Assembly: GCF_024298765.1 (NCBI RefSeq)
Contig: NZ_CP101210.1
DNA from: Escherichia coli
Lineage (GTDB): Bacteria; Pseudomonadota; Gammaproteobacteria; Enterobacterales; Enterobacteriaceae
Direction: 5' to 3' (one strand)
DNA length: 64,000 nucleotides
In this document: one piece after another, positions 1-9,402 of the stretch
How the letters are laid out: each line of letters opens with the position of its first letter
Numbering within the stretch: the first letter of the stretch is position 1
Made by a program: the position numbers and the translations under genes
Notes under the pieces: generated by a model
Seen by the model: only the letters and a program-made list of their open reading frames with translations
What the model was told of the DNA's origin: nothing
Databases searched by the model: none

Positions 1-661
1 GGTAAAAGTACAGTTTTGCATTCAGCCGCCATGTCACGATTCTGGCACTCTGTACGGTCAGGCGGTCGGCCACCGGGCGGGTATCCTCTGCATTCAGAAC
101 GGCGCGAACGGTATTAAGCAACGCCTCCGTTGCTGTGCCGTCGCCTTCAGTGGACAGGATGGAAACCGTCACATTTGCCGGAGACGGACTGATAGCCCGC
201 GCATCACGCACCAGACCGCTGGCGCTGCGGGCAAAATACTCGTATGCACCTGACGGGCCAGCAACACTCAGGCCGTCGTACGCCCGTTGCGCCCGCAGTC
301 TCAGCGAGGTGTCGCTTTCCATCACCGCGTCGGTGGTATCCGTTGCCGGAGTGATAACCAGGCGCTTTGTGTTCATATTGCCCGCGAGGTTGTCCAGGTC
401 TGTCCCGGCGCTGTGGCTTAACATGCAGGCGCGTGCACCCTCATTGACCCGCTGGCGTAACAGCATTTCACGAAACGCTGTTGTCTGGGCGATAACGTTC
501 AGGGGTTCCGATTCCAGCTCCAGCGCGGCGGAGACGGCTTCACGCTGTTCGGCGGGATAAGCCGCAATCATCATGGCCTTTGTGTCAGCCAGAATTGCCT
601 CAAAGTCAGGCTCCGCGATGATGGCGGGGTCCGGTAACTGTGAAAGGTCAACGGCGGGCAT
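1..661 (-). CDS. baseplate assembly protein J (P2 gpJ-like), 5' part only; 3' end lies beyond window start
   Basis: Minus-strand ATG at 661 three nt after W stop; translation begins MPAVDLSQLPDPAIIAEPDF, matching the remembered P2 gpJ N-terminus; position after W as in P2. Confidence 0.75.
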   Translation of the reverse strand, partial: MPAVDLSQLPDPAIIAEPDFEAILADTKAMMIAAYPAEQREAVSAALELESEPLNVIAQTTAFREMLLRQRVNEGARACMLSHSAGTDLDNLAGNMNTKRLVITPATDTTDAVMESDTSLRLRAQRAYDGLSVAGPSGAYEYFARSASGLVRDARAISPSPANVTVSILSTEGDGTATEALLNTVRAVLNAEDTRPVADRLTVQSARIVTWRLNAKLYFY

Positions 662-664
662 GAT

Positions 665-1015
665 TTACTCCCTTAGCGTGATGGTTAATTCAACATTCTG
701 CATGGTCTGCATGACAGTGCCCGACAGCGTCACCCCGGCGCGGCCTCCTGCCTTCCAGACAACGTCGATGGCATCCAGGGCAATGCGGGGTTCCCATCGT
801 GTCAGCGCAATCACGGCAGCACTCATGCATTGCAGACGCGTGGTGTTATTCATGGGTTCGTCAATCAAATCAGGCACAAGGCTGCCATATTCCCGTCGCA
901 TAACCCGGCTTGCCAGCGGGGTGGTCAGGATGTCCCTGACTGACTGTTTCAGGTGCTCCATATCGTTCAGGTTTCCCGTCCCGTCCGGATTCATTCCTGT
1001 GTAGCGGGTTGTCAC
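665..1015 (-). CDS. baseplate assembly protein W (gpW/gp25-like)
   Basis: 116-aa ORF, size and position between V and J as in P2. Confidence 0.8.
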   Translation of the reverse strand: MTTRYTGMNPDGTGNLNDMEHLKQSVRDILTTPLASRVMRREYGSLVPDLIDEPMNNTTRLQCMSAAVIALTRWEPRIALDAIDVVWKAGGRAGVTLSGTVMQTMQNVELTITLRE

Positions 1016-1593
1016 TGCGGGCCTCCTGTCGAATCGCTGCCGCCTTTCACGCCACCGTGTTTATGCGTATGCACTGTGATGCCGTTTGAGGTGAAATCGC
1101 CGCCGCTGTGCGTGATATTGCCGCTCATCTTTCCCCCTTTTGTGACGTCAAGCGTCGCTGTTCTCAGAAGGTCTGTGCATTCCACGACGGGCGCGTCCAG
1201 TGTCACGCTGACGGATGCCTGCAGGGTGGCTGTTTTCATGCCGCTGGCGCTCAGCGCGCCTGCGTCCGCGTCGTAGCGGAACACCGCGCCGTCCGGCGCG
1301 CTGACCACGATTTCTTTCAGGCTTTTGCCGGGGGGCGGACTGGCATCACTCCACAGGCTGCCAATTATCATGGCGGTTTCCGGGTTGCCGCCAATGCAGG
1401 CAATTACCACCTGTTCGCCGGGTGATGGCGGCAGCCACACATTGAAGGCTCCCGCGCGCGTGGTGTTCCAGCGCAGCCAGCCTGTTTCCAGTCCGCCGCT
1501 GCGAACGCGCACGCGCCAGGACTTCTCATCAACTTCAGAGATGATCCCGGTACGGATGATATTGCTCAGCAGTCGCATGAGTTCTGCGCTCAC
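1012..1593 (-). CDS. baseplate spike/assembly protein V (gpV-like)
   Basis: 193-aa ORF overlapping W start by 4 nt, P2 order S-V-W. Confidence 0.8.
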   Translation of the reverse strand: MSAELMRLLSNIIRTGIISEVDEKSWRVRVRSGGLETGWLRWNTTRAGAFNVWLPPSPGEQVVIACIGGNPETAMIIGSLWSDASPPPGKSLKEIVVSAPDGAVFRYDADAGALSASGMKTATLQASVSVTLDAPVVECTDLLRTATLDVTKGGKMSGNITHSGGDFTSNGITVHTHKHGGVKGGSDSTGGPQ

Positions 1594-2234
1594 CGTACAG
1601 CCTCCGCAATCCGACCCAGCACCGTGTTATAAATCAGGCGCTCATCTGCCTGGCTGATACCCAGCAGCTCACGTACCGGGTAATCGGTGAAAATGCCCGG
1701 CGCAACCTGATCGCGCTCACCGAACTGATGAACGCGTGCAATACGTGCGGCCACGCCGCTGTAACCCACCGTCACACCGGAAGCATCTGCACGGGCTTTC
1801 AGGTAGCGGGCGGTGCGCAGTTTTACGAACATGGGGACGCGCTTTGTGCTGTCCTGGTTGATGCGCCGGGTGCGTATTTCCAGAAAACGGTCGATGTCAT
1901 CCCGGTAAAACGTGCGGATATTGTTTTTATCCTCATCCCACCCGGTAATGGTTCGCCCGTATTTCCCCGTGTCGTGATGCCAGTTTTTCAGCGTGCGTGC
2001 TTCGTTATTCCAGATAAAGCGAATGCGCTCCTGTATCCGGGTTACGCGGCGTCTGCGAGGTGTCCACGCGGTCCCGTCCGGCGCTTTCTGTGACCGGATA
2101 CGTGCCTGCTGGGCGCGGCGTAAATCCTGTGCCAGCTTTCTGGCGATGTTATTGATGACCTGCTGATTCAGGCTGTCGCGGATGGCCTCAAAGGTTTCAT
2201 CCACACGGGTGAATGCCTTATCCATCGCTTTCAC
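1590..2234 (-). CDS. tail completion / virion morphogenesis protein (gpS-like); true start may be internal
   Basis: ORF between R and V in P2 order; 214 aa is longer than P2 gpS so the start is uncertain. Confidence 0.7.
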   Translation of the reverse strand: MKAMDKAFTRVDETFEAIRDSLNQQVINNIARKLAQDLRRAQQARIRSQKAPDGTAWTPRRRRVTRIQERIRFIWNNEARTLKNWHHDTGKYGRTITGWDEDKNNIRTFYRDDIDRFLEIRTRRINQDSTKRVPMFVKLRTARYLKARADASGVTVGYSGVAARIARVHQFGERDQVAPGIFTDYPVRELLGISQADERLIYNTVLGRIAEAVR

Positions 2235-2685
2235 CCCACGTCACATCCTGGAATACATGCGACCAGTCGCCTTCGGAAGAGGGCAGACGGGGTTTTGGCT
2301 CTGGCAGGTGTTCTGCCTGCGGTGTACCCTGACTGCTGCGCGTAATGCGAACGCGTTCCCGCAGGGGGAGCGTAAACAGGAGATCGGCGCTGTCATCGTC
2401 ATTGATAACGGCGGAAAATTTGATGTCCTGATTACGCTCCGGATTGAGCAACAACTGTGGCTGATTTTCGGATAACCACGCCAGTAGCGGCAGCGTGAGG
2501 TCGTCCAGCTCCCCGGCGTAATCCATGACAAACATCACCATCTGATAGCGGTAAACAAACGAGGGCGTTTCTCCGGTCGTTTCAATGTTGCCGCTCTCCA
2601 CGAAAATGGTGAATTTTTCCGGGTTGGCCTGACACCATCGGCATGAACGGGTCATGGCTTCACGCAGGGAATCAGTTTTCAGCAT
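2218..2685 (-). CDS. tail completion protein R (gpR-like)
   Basis: 155-aa ORF, same size as P2 gpR, located after the lysis cassette. Confidence 0.75.
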   Translation of the reverse strand: MLKTDSLREAMTRSCRWCQANPEKFTIFVESGNIETTGETPSFVYRYQMVMFVMDYAGELDDLTLPLLAWLSENQPQLLLNPERNQDIKFSAVINDDDSADLLFTLPLRERVRITRSSQGTPQAEHLPEPKPRLPSSEGDWSHVFQDVTWGESDG

Positions 2686-2962
2686 GGTTGTTGTCCTCGT
2701 TGTTCAGTCGTTGCAGCCTGCGCTGTTCCAGTAATTCAATGGCCCGTTTATCCGCGTTACAGGTTTCCAGTGCATCCAGAAGGCGGTCGCCCCATATACC
2801 GAGATTTCCCCATGTGGGAGTGTCAGGGAAGGGGGGAGGCGTTACCGGTATGGTCAGCGTCTGCGGTATAAGCCGGACTGACGGCGCTGGCCGTGGCGCG
2901 TTCTGCGTGCCTGCGCAGCCTGTCAGTAAAACGAGCGTCAGGCAAAGCGTGGGCGCATTCAT
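2672..2962 (-). CDS. o-spanin (LysC/Rz1-like outer-membrane lipoprotein), start at internal Met
   Basis: Signal peptide with lipobox LLTGC; proline-rich; nested out of frame in the 3' part of the i-spanin gene. Confidence 0.6.
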   Translation of the reverse strand: MNAPTLCLTLVLLTGCAGTQNAPRPAPSVRLIPQTLTIPVTPPPFPDTPTWGNLGIWGDRLLDALETCNADKRAIELLEQRRLQRLNNEDNNHAEN

Positions 2963-3230
2963 CTTTTGCAATATCGTTGCGTAGCTGTTCACGTCTTGCC
3001 TCTCCGTCCTGATTGCGTTGCTGATTTTCCACGCGGAGTTGCGCCAGCACCTGCTGCATATCCTGTACCCCGGCGCTAATGATATTCAGGGTGTCGGCGG
3101 TACGTTTCAGGGTGCTGGCCTGCGCTTCGTTTCTGGCGTTCTCCCGGCCCAGCGACCATGACAGACGCATGGATGTTCCCCATGCGGCAATCAGAAGGAA
3201 AGCGACACCCAGCGTGGGCCAGAGCTTCAT
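2823..3230 (-). CDS. i-spanin (LysB/Rz-like), start at internal Met49 of the track ORF
   Basis: ATG at 3230 overlaps the endolysin stop (ATGA); N-terminal TM (LWPTLGVAFLLIAAW) followed by a charged coiled-coil-like region. Confidence 0.6.
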   Translation of the reverse strand: MKLWPTLGVAFLLIAAWGTSMRLSWSLGRENARNEAQASTLKRTADTLNIISAGVQDMQQVLAQLRVENQQRNQDGEARREQLRNDIAKDECAHALPDARFTDRLRRHAERATASAVSPAYTADADHTGNASPLP

Positions 3231-3619
3231 GCCGGATAGACTCCGTGTGGTAACTGAAAATGCGGTCCGTCTTTCAGGGTCTTCCAGTCGCCGCCCCATT
3301 CCACCGGAATATTCAGCTCCCGGCTGGCCTGTCTGAATGCTGCTGCGATTTTTTCGTACAGCGGCCATTCCCATGACACCTGGCTGCCGATATAAGCCAC
3401 AACATCCACGGCATGTCCCGTAAGGTGGCGGCTGTTCATGGTCTGGCTCTTACCTGTGGCCACAAGTTGCTTCTGGCGGTAACGGCTGCGCAACCCTTCG
3501 GTGATACCAAAATCCACTTCCGAAATTTCCAGTGCCCGTCGGGTCACTTTCACCAGATCAGGATTTACGCCCTGCAAATTCTTTTCGCTCCGGCTGCTGA
3601 ATTTAAATGTGTTGCTCAT
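3227..3619 (-). CDS. endolysin, peptidase M15-like (L-Ala-D-Glu / D-Ala-D-Ala peptidase type)
   Basis: 130 aa with SRHLTGHAVDV zinc-peptidase-like motif; sits between holin and spanins. Confidence 0.7.
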   Translation of the reverse strand: MSNTFKFSSRSEKNLQGVNPDLVKVTRRALEISEVDFGITEGLRSRYRQKQLVATGKSQTMNSRHLTGHAVDVVAYIGSQVSWEWPLYEKIAAAFRQASRELNIPVEWGGDWKTLKDGPHFQLPHGVYPA

Positions 3620-3939
3620 TCGTCCTTCTCCTTCCCCCTGCGATTAAAGGCCGCAATAACCTTGTCGCGTGCTTTCTCTGCGCCCATAAAACCGATTGAT
3701 GCGCCGATAAACGTCACGGCATCTTCAGGAAACCCGAAGAAGCGCAACGACCCGGCCACGGCCATGGCAAGAACGCCGCACGCCAGCGATCCCGTTACGG
3801 TCTGAACCAGTGTTCGTCCGTCATAAAGACTCATCAGCGCGGAAATGCTGACTGCCGCGCCTACTGCATACACCGTTGGCAGGTGGTCAAAGAGCCACGC
3901 AATAACCTGCTCTGTGATCCCTGTTTGAATGGTGCTCAC
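3616..3939 (-). CDS. holin (GTG start inferred)
   Basis: GTG at 3939 preceded by GGGAG, 2 nt after X stop; about 108 aa with hydrophobic TM segments and a charged C-terminus; overlaps endolysin start. Confidence 0.55.
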   Translation of the reverse strand: MSTIQTGITEQVIAWLFDHLPTVYAVGAAVSISALMSLYDGRTLVQTVTGSLACGVLAMAVAGSLRFFGFPEDAVTFIGASIGFMGAEKARDKVIAAFNRRGKEKDE

Positions 3940-3941
3940 TG

Positions 3942-4148
3942 CTACTCCCCCCACAACTGAATCATTTCTCGTTTCTTCTTCTCCGGCTCCGGCATCTCCA
4001 CGTCCTGCCCGGCGTCCAGAAATACCTGCTGACAGAGTCCGGGGTTGGCATCCAGCACCTTTTCGGTGACGCCCTGCGTCGTGCCGTAGTACCGGAAACA
4101 GAGCGAATCCACGGTGTCGCCTTCCAGTGCCTTCACTTTCATCAGCAC
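3942..4148 (-). CDS. tail protein X (gpX-like)
   Basis: 68-aa ORF between L and the holin, P2 order L-X-Y. Confidence 0.75.
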   Translation of the reverse strand: MLMKVKALEGDTVDSLCFRYYGTTQGVTEKVLDANPGLCQQVFLDAGQDVEMPEPEKKKREMIQLWGE

Positions 4149-4645
4149 AACTCCGCAAAAATTCGCGGGCGGCGCAGAATGTCAGAGATGGCCCAGCTCA
4201 CATCGCGCCACAAATCCGATGTCTGTATATCCAGTGCGTCCGCCCGGCGGTCGCCCTTATCCGTTGTGTCCGCATCGCGGTAACGCTCCAGAATCAGGGC
4301 GCGTGTGGCGGTATAAACGGCATTGCGCCAGTGCCAGAGATTGACGCTTTCTCCGTTAATTACGGGTGCCGGAACATCGGCCAGCGTCTGATGGCCAGCC
4401 GCCTGCTGTTCCTGCTGCCATGCTTCCAGCTCGCGGGTAACGTGAGCCACCGCCCCGGTGGCGGTATGCAGCAGGCGGGAGGTGGTCACGCGCCCCGGCA
4501 GTCGTACCGCCAGACGCAGCTCACGCAGCACAATATCCGGCCAGAATGCACCCGCTGAAATACGGGTATCACCATCATCGGTATCGGTGATGTCGTCCTC
4601 TGCGGGTCCGGGGTTGGTTCTGGCAACCATACTCATGGGGTTCAC
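4142..4645 (-). CDS. head completion/stabilisation protein (gpL-like)
   Basis: 167-aa ORF following terminase small subunit M as in P2. Confidence 0.8.
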   Translation of the reverse strand: MNPMSMVARTNPGPAEDDITDTDDGDTRISAGAFWPDIVLRELRLAVRLPGRVTTSRLLHTATGAVAHVTRELEAWQQEQQAAGHQTLADVPAPVINGESVNLWHWRNAVYTATRALILERYRDADTTDKGDRRADALDIQTSDLWRDVSWAISDILRRPRIFAELC

Positions 4646-4737
4646 TCCTGAAAAAATCGGGCGGTGGGTGCGCGGTGTAAACGGTCACGGAGTCAAACCG
4701 GAACACCGCGCACGCCGCCCGCTGACGGGGTCAGTCG

Positions 4738-5538
4738 TTAACCGCGCTTCGCCTTCTGCGTCGCGGTGGTTTTTCGTGTTGCAGGCTTCCGCGTTGTCTT
4801 TTTACTTTTGCTGCTTTCGTTCTGCGCCTGTGGTGTGCTGGCATCTTCTGGTGCGGCTGCGGAATCGGCTTTTTTCAGAGCGCGGGAAAGGGTTGCAATC
4901 TCGCGTTTCACACCTGCGTTCGGGTTCAGGTGCATCGCTTCGCGCAGCAGCTTCAGTGATGAGGCCATGCTGTCCGCATCGCTCAGGCTACGGCGGGCAA
5001 AGGCGCACGCCTTGCATAATTTGGCTCGCACTTCGTCCGGCATATCCTGGTTGGCGACAATTTCCCAAAGTGTGTCCAGTGGTTCGATAAAGGCGGACAA
5101 ATCCGCGTCGGCATCCGTCCCGGCCTGCGTCAGTACCGGGTTGCAGATTTCTTCGGTCAGTACCGTGGCAGCAGTACGGCCAAAGTTATCCGGCATGATG
5201 AGGTTGTGACGGACCACATACGCACCAATACGCAGCGCAAGCGGAAGATCGCCGCAGTCAATTGCCCACACCATCAGCGTGGCAATCACTTCATCCTGCT
5301 GCCCGCCGTCAGCCTCCAGCGTTCCCTCAATCCAGCCGGAAAAGTCCGGCAACAACTCTTTTTTGATGGCGGCTTTCGCGCTTCTGGCCTGTACCCCCTT
5401 AAGTCGGGCCTGTGCCAGACGCAGACGATACAGCACCTCTTCATGCGCGGTACGCGCGGCGTGGTCCACGCCTTCATTCGCCCGGCCTGCGCGCTGTGCC
5501 ATCACGTTCTGCCAGTGTTGCTGTGCAGGAGTAATCAT
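4738..5538 (-). CDS. terminase small/endonuclease subunit (gpM-like)
   Basis: 266 aa; N-terminus and MPDEVRAKL segment match the remembered P2 gpM; lysine-rich C-terminal tail. Confidence 0.85.
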   Translation of the reverse strand: MITPAQQHWQNVMAQRAGRANEGVDHAARTAHEEVLYRLRLAQARLKGVQARSAKAAIKKELLPDFSGWIEGTLEADGGQQDEVIATLMVWAIDCGDLPLALRIGAYVVRHNLIMPDNFGRTAATVLTEEICNPVLTQAGTDADADLSAFIEPLDTLWEIVANQDMPDEVRAKLCKACAFARRSLSDADSMASSLKLLREAMHLNPNAGVKREIATLSRALKKADSAAAPEDASTPQAQNESSKSKKTTRKPATRKTTATQKAKRG

Positions 5539-5583
5539 TTTTTCTCTCCGTTACAGGCGGGCATGATGCCCGCCGTGAGTTGA

Positions 5584-6636
5584 TTAGCTGTCGGCGAACT
5601 TCAGGCCAGTGACCATCGCGCACTTGCCATAGTCTTCAACGACATAAGCGTCATTGATGGACTGGTAGGTGGCGATGCGGTTGTATTCCGGCTCGTCTTT
5701 CATCAGGCGACGCATTGTTCCTTTCTGCCAGTAAATCGACAGGTTATTGAACGAGGTGATCAGCATCGTTGAATCCGGGAAGAACGGCGCAAGGAATACA
5801 TCCAGCCCGCCAATGGCGCGCGATGACAGGATGAGCTGTCCGGCAAGTAATTCCGCATTGGGATTCTGGCCGCTGATGCTGTTCAGCACGGGCAGACGCA
5901 GCGAGTTAAACAGGTTGCGCCCCATAATCACCACGAGGTCGTCAGCTTCCTTGTGCCATTCATCCAGCAGGGATGAGCGCGCGTCCTGTACCAGTGCATC
6001 AGCGTTCGCATACTTACCCGCGTGCGCCACGGTGTTGTCCATGTTGCGGGAGGTCAGCGTCACGTCATTCATTACGCGCTCGCTGGCGTCGGTTCTGATG
6101 TGCTCCAGCCATCCCACGTTAACGTCCTGAAGCAGCTTGTTGGTGCTGAAGTTGGACTCATCTGCGTGAGACGTGCCGTTGAAACCGATCATGATGCGGT
6201 CAAGCGCCACCTGCCGGGCAATCTGTGTGCTGACGCGTGACTGAAAATCAGGGTGTGCCGCCCAGGCATCAAGCTGCGGATACGAAATAAACGTGTCGTA
6301 GTTCACCTGTTCGCACTGATATTTGCGGTTTTTCAGATCAACCACGTTATTCGGGTTACGGCGTTTTGTGCCGTCATAACTGGTATTCGTGCGCGCAATC
6401 GGCCCGGTGGTGTCCAGGAGGATTTTTTCGCCTTTCTGGTCGGTCACACCGAACACGTTAATTTTTTTTGTAAATTCAGTGCTCTCCTTTACTGCGTTTT
6501 CAAAACGCTGCTGCACCGAGGGTTCCACGGTAAATCGCGATACCAGTGCAGATACCGGGATGTTGTTAAGCGACGCCTGCTGCGCCATATAGCAACCCAG
6601 CTTGTTGCGGGTAATATCTGACATCACCAGATTCAT
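5584..6636 (-). CDS. major capsid protein (gpN-like); start may be an internal Met
   Basis: 350 aa; FTVEPSV and YVVEDY segments match the remembered P2 gpN. Confidence 0.85.
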   Translation of the reverse strand: MNLVMSDITRNKLGCYMAQQASLNNIPVSALVSRFTVEPSVQQRFENAVKESTEFTKKINVFGVTDQKGEKILLDTTGPIARTNTSYDGTKRRNPNNVVDLKNRKYQCEQVNYDTFISYPQLDAWAAHPDFQSRVSTQIARQVALDRIMIGFNGTSHADESNFSTNKLLQDVNVGWLEHIRTDASERVMNDVTLTSRNMDNTVAHAGKYANADALVQDARSSLLDEWHKEADDLVVIMGRNLFNSLRLPVLNSISGQNPNAELLAGQLILSSRAIGGLDVFLAPFFPDSTMLITSFNNLSIYWQKGTMRRLMKDEPEYNRIATYQSINDAYVVEDYGKCAMVTGLKFADS

Positions 6637-6659
6637 AAAAAATTTGCTCCTTTGTCTTA

Positions 6660-7496
6660 TCAGAAGTCAGCCAGTTGATCGGAGGCTGCGCCCGTTGCGG
6701 TGAACCGGTTCTGCGGATCGCCGTCCTGCGTGCGCAGTTTTTCCTTCAGTGCTGTCAGCTCTGTGGTCAGTAAAGTGATTTTCTGGCTGTCCTGCTGATG
6801 GCGGGTTTCCAGCGCATTAAAACGGTCGATAATGTCGGCCTGTGACGTTGCGACACCTTCCACCGCTTCCTGAATACGGGAGAAACTGGCGTCATCCGCT
6901 TTGCGGCCACGGCCAATAATCCCCATAACGCGGTTAAACCACTGGGTGCCTTCTTCCTGACGTTGTTCGGTGAGTTCGATAAGTTCTGACTCCATAGCGG
7001 CGGTAAACATCGCCACGTCTCCCTGCTGACAGTTGAATGTCATCAGTTGCATACGTTGTTGTGCCGCAAAGGCCAGACGTTCCGTGCCCAGGCTGGCGGG
7101 GGTGTCGGTCATTGCCAGCCCGCGCAGGTAAGGGCCTCCCGTGATGGTTGACTGTGGTTCCAGCTCAATACTGGAGTAAATTTTTTTACCATCGTTAAGC
7201 AGGGACATCATGCGAGCGGTCGGCTCAATTTCGGCATACAGTGCCGTGCGACCTGCCAGCGGGCCATCGGTTATGTCTTCGGTGCTCAACCCCACAACAT
7301 CGCCCATAGCGGAAAACTCGCTACCGGGGAGTGGTGACAAGATGTGCTCAATATTCACACGTGCACCATAAACGGACGGGTTATAACTGGTGGCGGCAGC
7401 TTTCAGCATGTCGCCGTTGATTTCGCGCCCGTCTGCCGTTACACCGGAGACAGCCACGCGAAACTTTTTGCGGGATGTCTTTTTTTCATTAGCCAT
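6660..7496 (-). CDS. capsid scaffolding protein (gpO-like)
   Basis: ATG at 7496 preceded by GAGGGG; begins MANEKKTSRKKFRVAVSG, similar to the remembered P2 gpO N-terminus. Confidence 0.8.
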   Translation of the reverse strand: MANEKKTSRKKFRVAVSGVTADGREINGDMLKAAATSYNPSVYGARVNIEHILSPLPGSEFSAMGDVVGLSTEDITDGPLAGRTALYAEIEPTARMMSLLNDGKKIYSSIELEPQSTITGGPYLRGLAMTDTPASLGTERLAFAAQQRMQLMTFNCQQGDVAMFTAAMESELIELTEQRQEEGTQWFNRVMGIIGRGRKADDASFSRIQEAVEGVATSQADIIDRFNALETRHQQDSQKITLLTTELTALKEKLRTQDGDPQNRFTATGAASDQLADF

Positions 7497-7650
7497 AGTT
7501 TTTGCCCCTCTGACTGGTTCTTCAGTCATGATGGCAAAGCGTAACAGGCTGATACAAAGGGCTTTTGTTGTAAGAAAACAGTCAGAACAGGGGGTTAAGG
7601 AGAACGGTTTCGCGCGCGGGTAATCTTCCTGTAATTACTCAGGGGGAGCA

Positions 7651-9402
7651 ATGATTCAGGACGCTTTTGTGCGCCAGCGTGCGCGACAACTTTACTGGCA
7701 GGGTTATCCGCCCGCAGAAATATCACGTCTGATGGGAATAAACCCGAACACGATTTATGCGTGGAAAAAACGCGACCAGTGGGATGAAACGCCACCCGTG
7801 CAGCGTGTCACGCAATCCATTGATGCGCGCCTCATCCAGCTTACTGAAAAACAGAATAAAACAGGCGGTGACTTCAAGGAAATAGACCTGCTGACACGGC
7901 AGCTTAAAAAGCTGCATGATGGCCAGCCGGATGTGATTGCCGCAGGAAAGAAAGGCCGGGCGAAAAAACTCAAAAATCATTTCACGCCGGAACAGATTGC
8001 CGCACTGCGGGAAAAAATCATCAGCAGGCTGGAGTGGCATCAGCGGGGCTGGTTTGACTCCCTGACCCTTTGCAGGGAAGCCGGGATACGTAACAGGATG
8101 ATCCTGAAATCCCGACAGATTGGGGCGACCTGGTATTTTGCACAGGAAGCACTGCTGATGGCGCTGCGTGACGATGTGGTGCAACCTTATCAGCGTAACC
8201 AGATTTTTTTGTCTGCGTCGCGTCGTCAGGCGTTCCAGTTTAAAAGCATTATTCAGAAGGCCGCGGCTGAAGTTGATGTGGAGCTGAAAGGGGGCGATAA
8301 AATCATCCTCTCCAACGGCGCAGAGCTGCATTTTCTCGGCACTTCTGCTGCGTCGGCACAGTCCTATACGGGCAATTTTTATTTTGATGAATTCTTCTGG
8401 GTCAGTCGCTTTGCTGAACTGCGCAAGGTGGCTGGCGCTATGGCAACCCTCAGCGGACTGCGGCGCACCTACTTCTCCACGCCATCCACCGAAACGCACG
8501 AGGCATACGCCTACTGGAACGGCGACCGCTGGAACGAGAAAAAGGCCACGCATAAACGCCAGCGTTTTTCTGTGGACTGGAAAACGCTGCATAACGGGCT
8601 TATCTGCCCTGACCGGACGTGGCGGCAAATTGTCACGCTGGAAGATGTGGTTAATCACGGCTGGAAACACACCGATATTGATGAAATTCGTGATGAAAAC
8701 ACCGAAGACGAGTTCCTCAATCTCTATATGTGTGAGTTTGTCCGCGAAGGGGAATCGGCATTTAACCTGAATATCCTGATTGGCTGTGGTGTTGACGGAT
8801 ACGACGACTGGAAAGACTGGAAACCTTTTGCTCCCCGCCCGATGGGGAATCGCCCGGTATGGATTGGGTATGACGCAAATGGCAGCAGTGGCAACGGCGA
8901 CAGCGGCGCTGTGTCCGTGGTGGTTCCTCCGGCTGTTCCTGGTGGCCGTTTTCGAACGGTGGAGACGCGACGCGTTCAGGGGCTGGAGTTTGAAGAACAG
9001 GCCAGAGTCATTGAAGAGTTCACGTGTCGCTACAACGTGGAACACATCGGCATTGATGTGACGGGCGGGAACGGGGAGGCTGTTTATCAGATAGTGAAAC
9101 GGTTTTTCCCTGCCGCTATTCCGTACACCTTCACGCTGTCATCAAAACGGTCGCTGGTACTGAAAATGCTGCAAATAATGCGTGCAGGGCGGTGGGAATA
9201 CGATCGCGCCGAACGCGAGCTGGTCGCGGCCTTTAACGCCGTGCGTAAGGTGAAAACACCGGGCGGCTTTATCACTTACGAAACGGACCGCGCGAGGGGG
9301 ATCAGCCACGGCGACCTTGCGTGGGCAACCATGCTTGCTGTCATTAACGAACCAATTGGCGGCGAAGGAGAAAACGAGCGTTTCACGGTTATGGAGTTCT
9401 GA
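7651..9402 (+). CDS. terminase large (ATPase) subunit (gpP-like)
   Basis: 583 aa, divergent from O, followed by portal with 1-nt overlap, as in P2 P-Q. Confidence 0.85.
   Translation: MIQDAFVRQRARQLYWQGYPPAEISRLMGINPNTIYAWKKRDQWDETPPVQRVTQSIDARLIQLTEKQNKTGGDFKEIDLLTRQLKKLHDGQPDVIAAGKKGRAKKLKNHFTPEQIAALREKIISRLEWHQRGWFDSLTLCREAGIRNRMILKSRQIGATWYFAQEALLMALRDDVVQPYQRNQIFLSASRRQAFQFKSIIQKAAAEVDVELKGGDKIILSNGAELHFLGTSAASAQSYTGNFYFDEFFWVSRFAELRKVAGAMATLSGLRRTYFSTPSTETHEAYAYWNGDRWNEKKATHKRQRFSVDWKTLHNGLICPDRTWRQIVTLEDVVNHGWKHTDIDEIRDENTEDEFLNLYMCEFVREGESAFNLNILIGCGVDGYDDWKDWKPFAPRPMGNRPVWIGYDANGSSGNGDSGAVSVVVPPAVPGGRFRTVETRRVQGLEFEEQARVIEEFTCRYNVEHIGIDVTGGNGEAVYQIVKRFFPAAIPYTFTLSSKRSLVLKMLQIMRAGRWEYDRAERELVAAFNAVRKVKTPGGFITYETDRARGISHGDLAWATMLAVINEPIGGEGENERFTVMEF

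Noticed and set aside
135-1004. Plus-strand ORFs 135-560 and 573-1004 at the window start
   Set aside because: Antisense to the J and W baseplate genes, whose translations match P2 proteins; these are shadow ORFs in GC-rich DNA.
7723-9045. 440-aa minus-strand ORF
   Set aside because: Lies entirely inside the terminase large-subunit gene on the opposite strand; low-complexity translation with no RBS context.
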